From Diplonema japonicum (taxonomy: Eukaryota > Protista > Euglenozoa: Diplonemea), in the NCBI GenBank assembly GCA_964019335.1, contig OZ025688.1:124001-188000 (forward strand): a DNA stretch of 64,000 nt, given 5' to 3'. Positions 63,091 to 64,000 of this stretch are shown in pieces (the first letter of the stretch is position 1; each line of letters opens with the position of its first letter). Made by a program: the position numbers and the translations under genes. The notes beneath the pieces were generated by a model. That model was not told the DNA's origin, did not search any database, and saw only the letters and a list, made by a program, of their open reading frames with translations.

Positions 63091-64000
63091 ATGTTGTACG
63101 TGCTCTTGATCATTGGGATTCTGTTCTGCCCCGCGCTTGCGATGCCCAACCGCACGGCAGAGGCCTTCAACAGCGAATGGCATGCGGAGCATGAAGCCAT
63201 TGTTAGCGCAGGAAGCGCTGCTGCTGGTATAGCGTGTCTCACAATGATAGTGTTGCTGGCAATAAGACGTGCGGGGCTGAGCTGGATCATCTGTGTGTCC
63301 TTGTGGTCAACAGTGCTTGTTGTGGGCATCATCGCTTGGCTGATAACTTATCAACAAATGCGCGTTGCAATTGAGGACCAGGTCGAGAGCCTCATCTACT
63401 CCATCGGGAGCGATGTGAAGTCGCAGGTGCGACGTGAGATGGGAGCCGCAGCAGATATTGTAAAGCTTCAGAAACTGCTCGCCATCAACGGCTTCCTTGA
63501 CATGTACTCGACGGACCTTGCGCACCATGCGCGCTATCTGCAGTCCACGTGGCTACTCTTCGAGGAGTTCCACCGCTCGATATCTTTTTTCTATTACGCG
63601 AATGACAAGAACGAGGCATTCGGCACGTACTCCAACAACAAGCTCTGGATTGCTGTGCACCCCGGCACGCAGTTCCCCCCTACCTGGACTTGCGTTGCCG
63701 ATTCCCCGCACACCAACTGTTCGCTGGTCACTTGCGGCTCAAATACGACGTTTGAGGCACTGAACTGCAGCAAGACATGCGACCACCCATCACACGCCCT
63801 TTGCAGCGGAGAGCTGTTCCCATTGCGGTACCGCATCCCAAGTGACGTCGCCGTACCAGTACTCGGCGAGCTGGGCACACTAACTGGCATCCAGCTTCGC
63901 GAGACACTTTACAACTCAATGGGCCGGCCGTGGTATAAGTACTCCGACGACGTACTGTGGTCGGAGCCCTACGCCTTCGTGGGCGACGTTCCTGTCATCG
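63091..64000 (+). CDS. Membrane receptor with extracellular Cache-like sensor domain (runs off window)
   Basis: Open from MLYVLLIIGILFCPALA to the window end; TM segments, then LYNSMGRPWYKY..VLWSEPY, the dCache RPWY/W..PY signature. Confidence 0.78.
   Translation, partial: MLYVLLIIGILFCPALAMPNRTAEAFNSEWHAEHEAIVSAGSAAAGIACLTMIVLLAIRRAGLSWIICVSLWSTVLVVGIIAWLITYQQMRVAIEDQVESLIYSIGSDVKSQVRREMGAAADIVKLQKLLAINGFLDMYSTDLAHHARYLQSTWLLFEEFHRSISFFYYANDKNEAFGTYSNNKLWIAVHPGTQFPPTWTCVADSPHTNCSLVTCGSNTTFEALNCSKTCDHPSHALCSGELFPLRYRIPSDVAVPVLGELGTLTGIQLRETLYNSMGRPWYKYSDDVLWSEPYAFVGDVPVI

Noticed and set aside
196-63919. Numerous ORF-track entries rich in poly-F/poly-K/poly-P/poly-G, N-terminal extensions of real genes, and long antisense ORFs (e.g. 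14637-15614, 40464-41360, 52134-52946, 59138-60091)
   Set aside because: They are translations of homopolymer spacers or shadows of GC-rich sense genes, with no independent motifs.
1-64000. Spliced-leader RNA gene, rRNA or telomeric repeats
   Set aside because: No euglenozoan SL exon-like sequence, rRNA-like segment or TTAGGG array was seen.

Overview
Eukaryotic nuclear DNA, most likely from a euglenozoan (diplonemid-like) protist. The taxon is inferred from an N-terminal-half-only NDUFS1, an Erv1 with a C-terminal CxxxC and no N-terminal shuttle motif, and a strictly unidirectional gene array. About 33 host genes all lie on the + strand. Spacers are short (some only 59-120 nt) and filled with A/T/C/G homopolymer runs. 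I reconstructed 18 tiny (35-78 nt) GT-AG introns. Fourteen have a poly(A)/A-rich tract instead of a polypyrimidine tract before the acceptor AG, and most sit near the 3' end of their genes. Mobile DNA comprises an internally deleted piggyBac (TTAA, TIRs); a 2.1-kb TIR element with a TTA duplication that carries two tRNA-like Pol III cassettes and extra B-boxes around non-transposase cargo; three pieces of a tail-less non-LTR retroelement inserted in T-runs; and a foldback/MITE-like region at 35.1-35.9 kb. Many complex-sequence islands in the spacers fold into G-U-rich hairpins on the transcribed strand. The best candidates for undescribed biology are the purine-tract mini-intron code, the tDNA-bracketed transposon and the spacer hairpins/structured RNA. 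All splicing, folding and family calls were made by eye, with no database searches. Homopolymer lengths may be affected by sequencing error.
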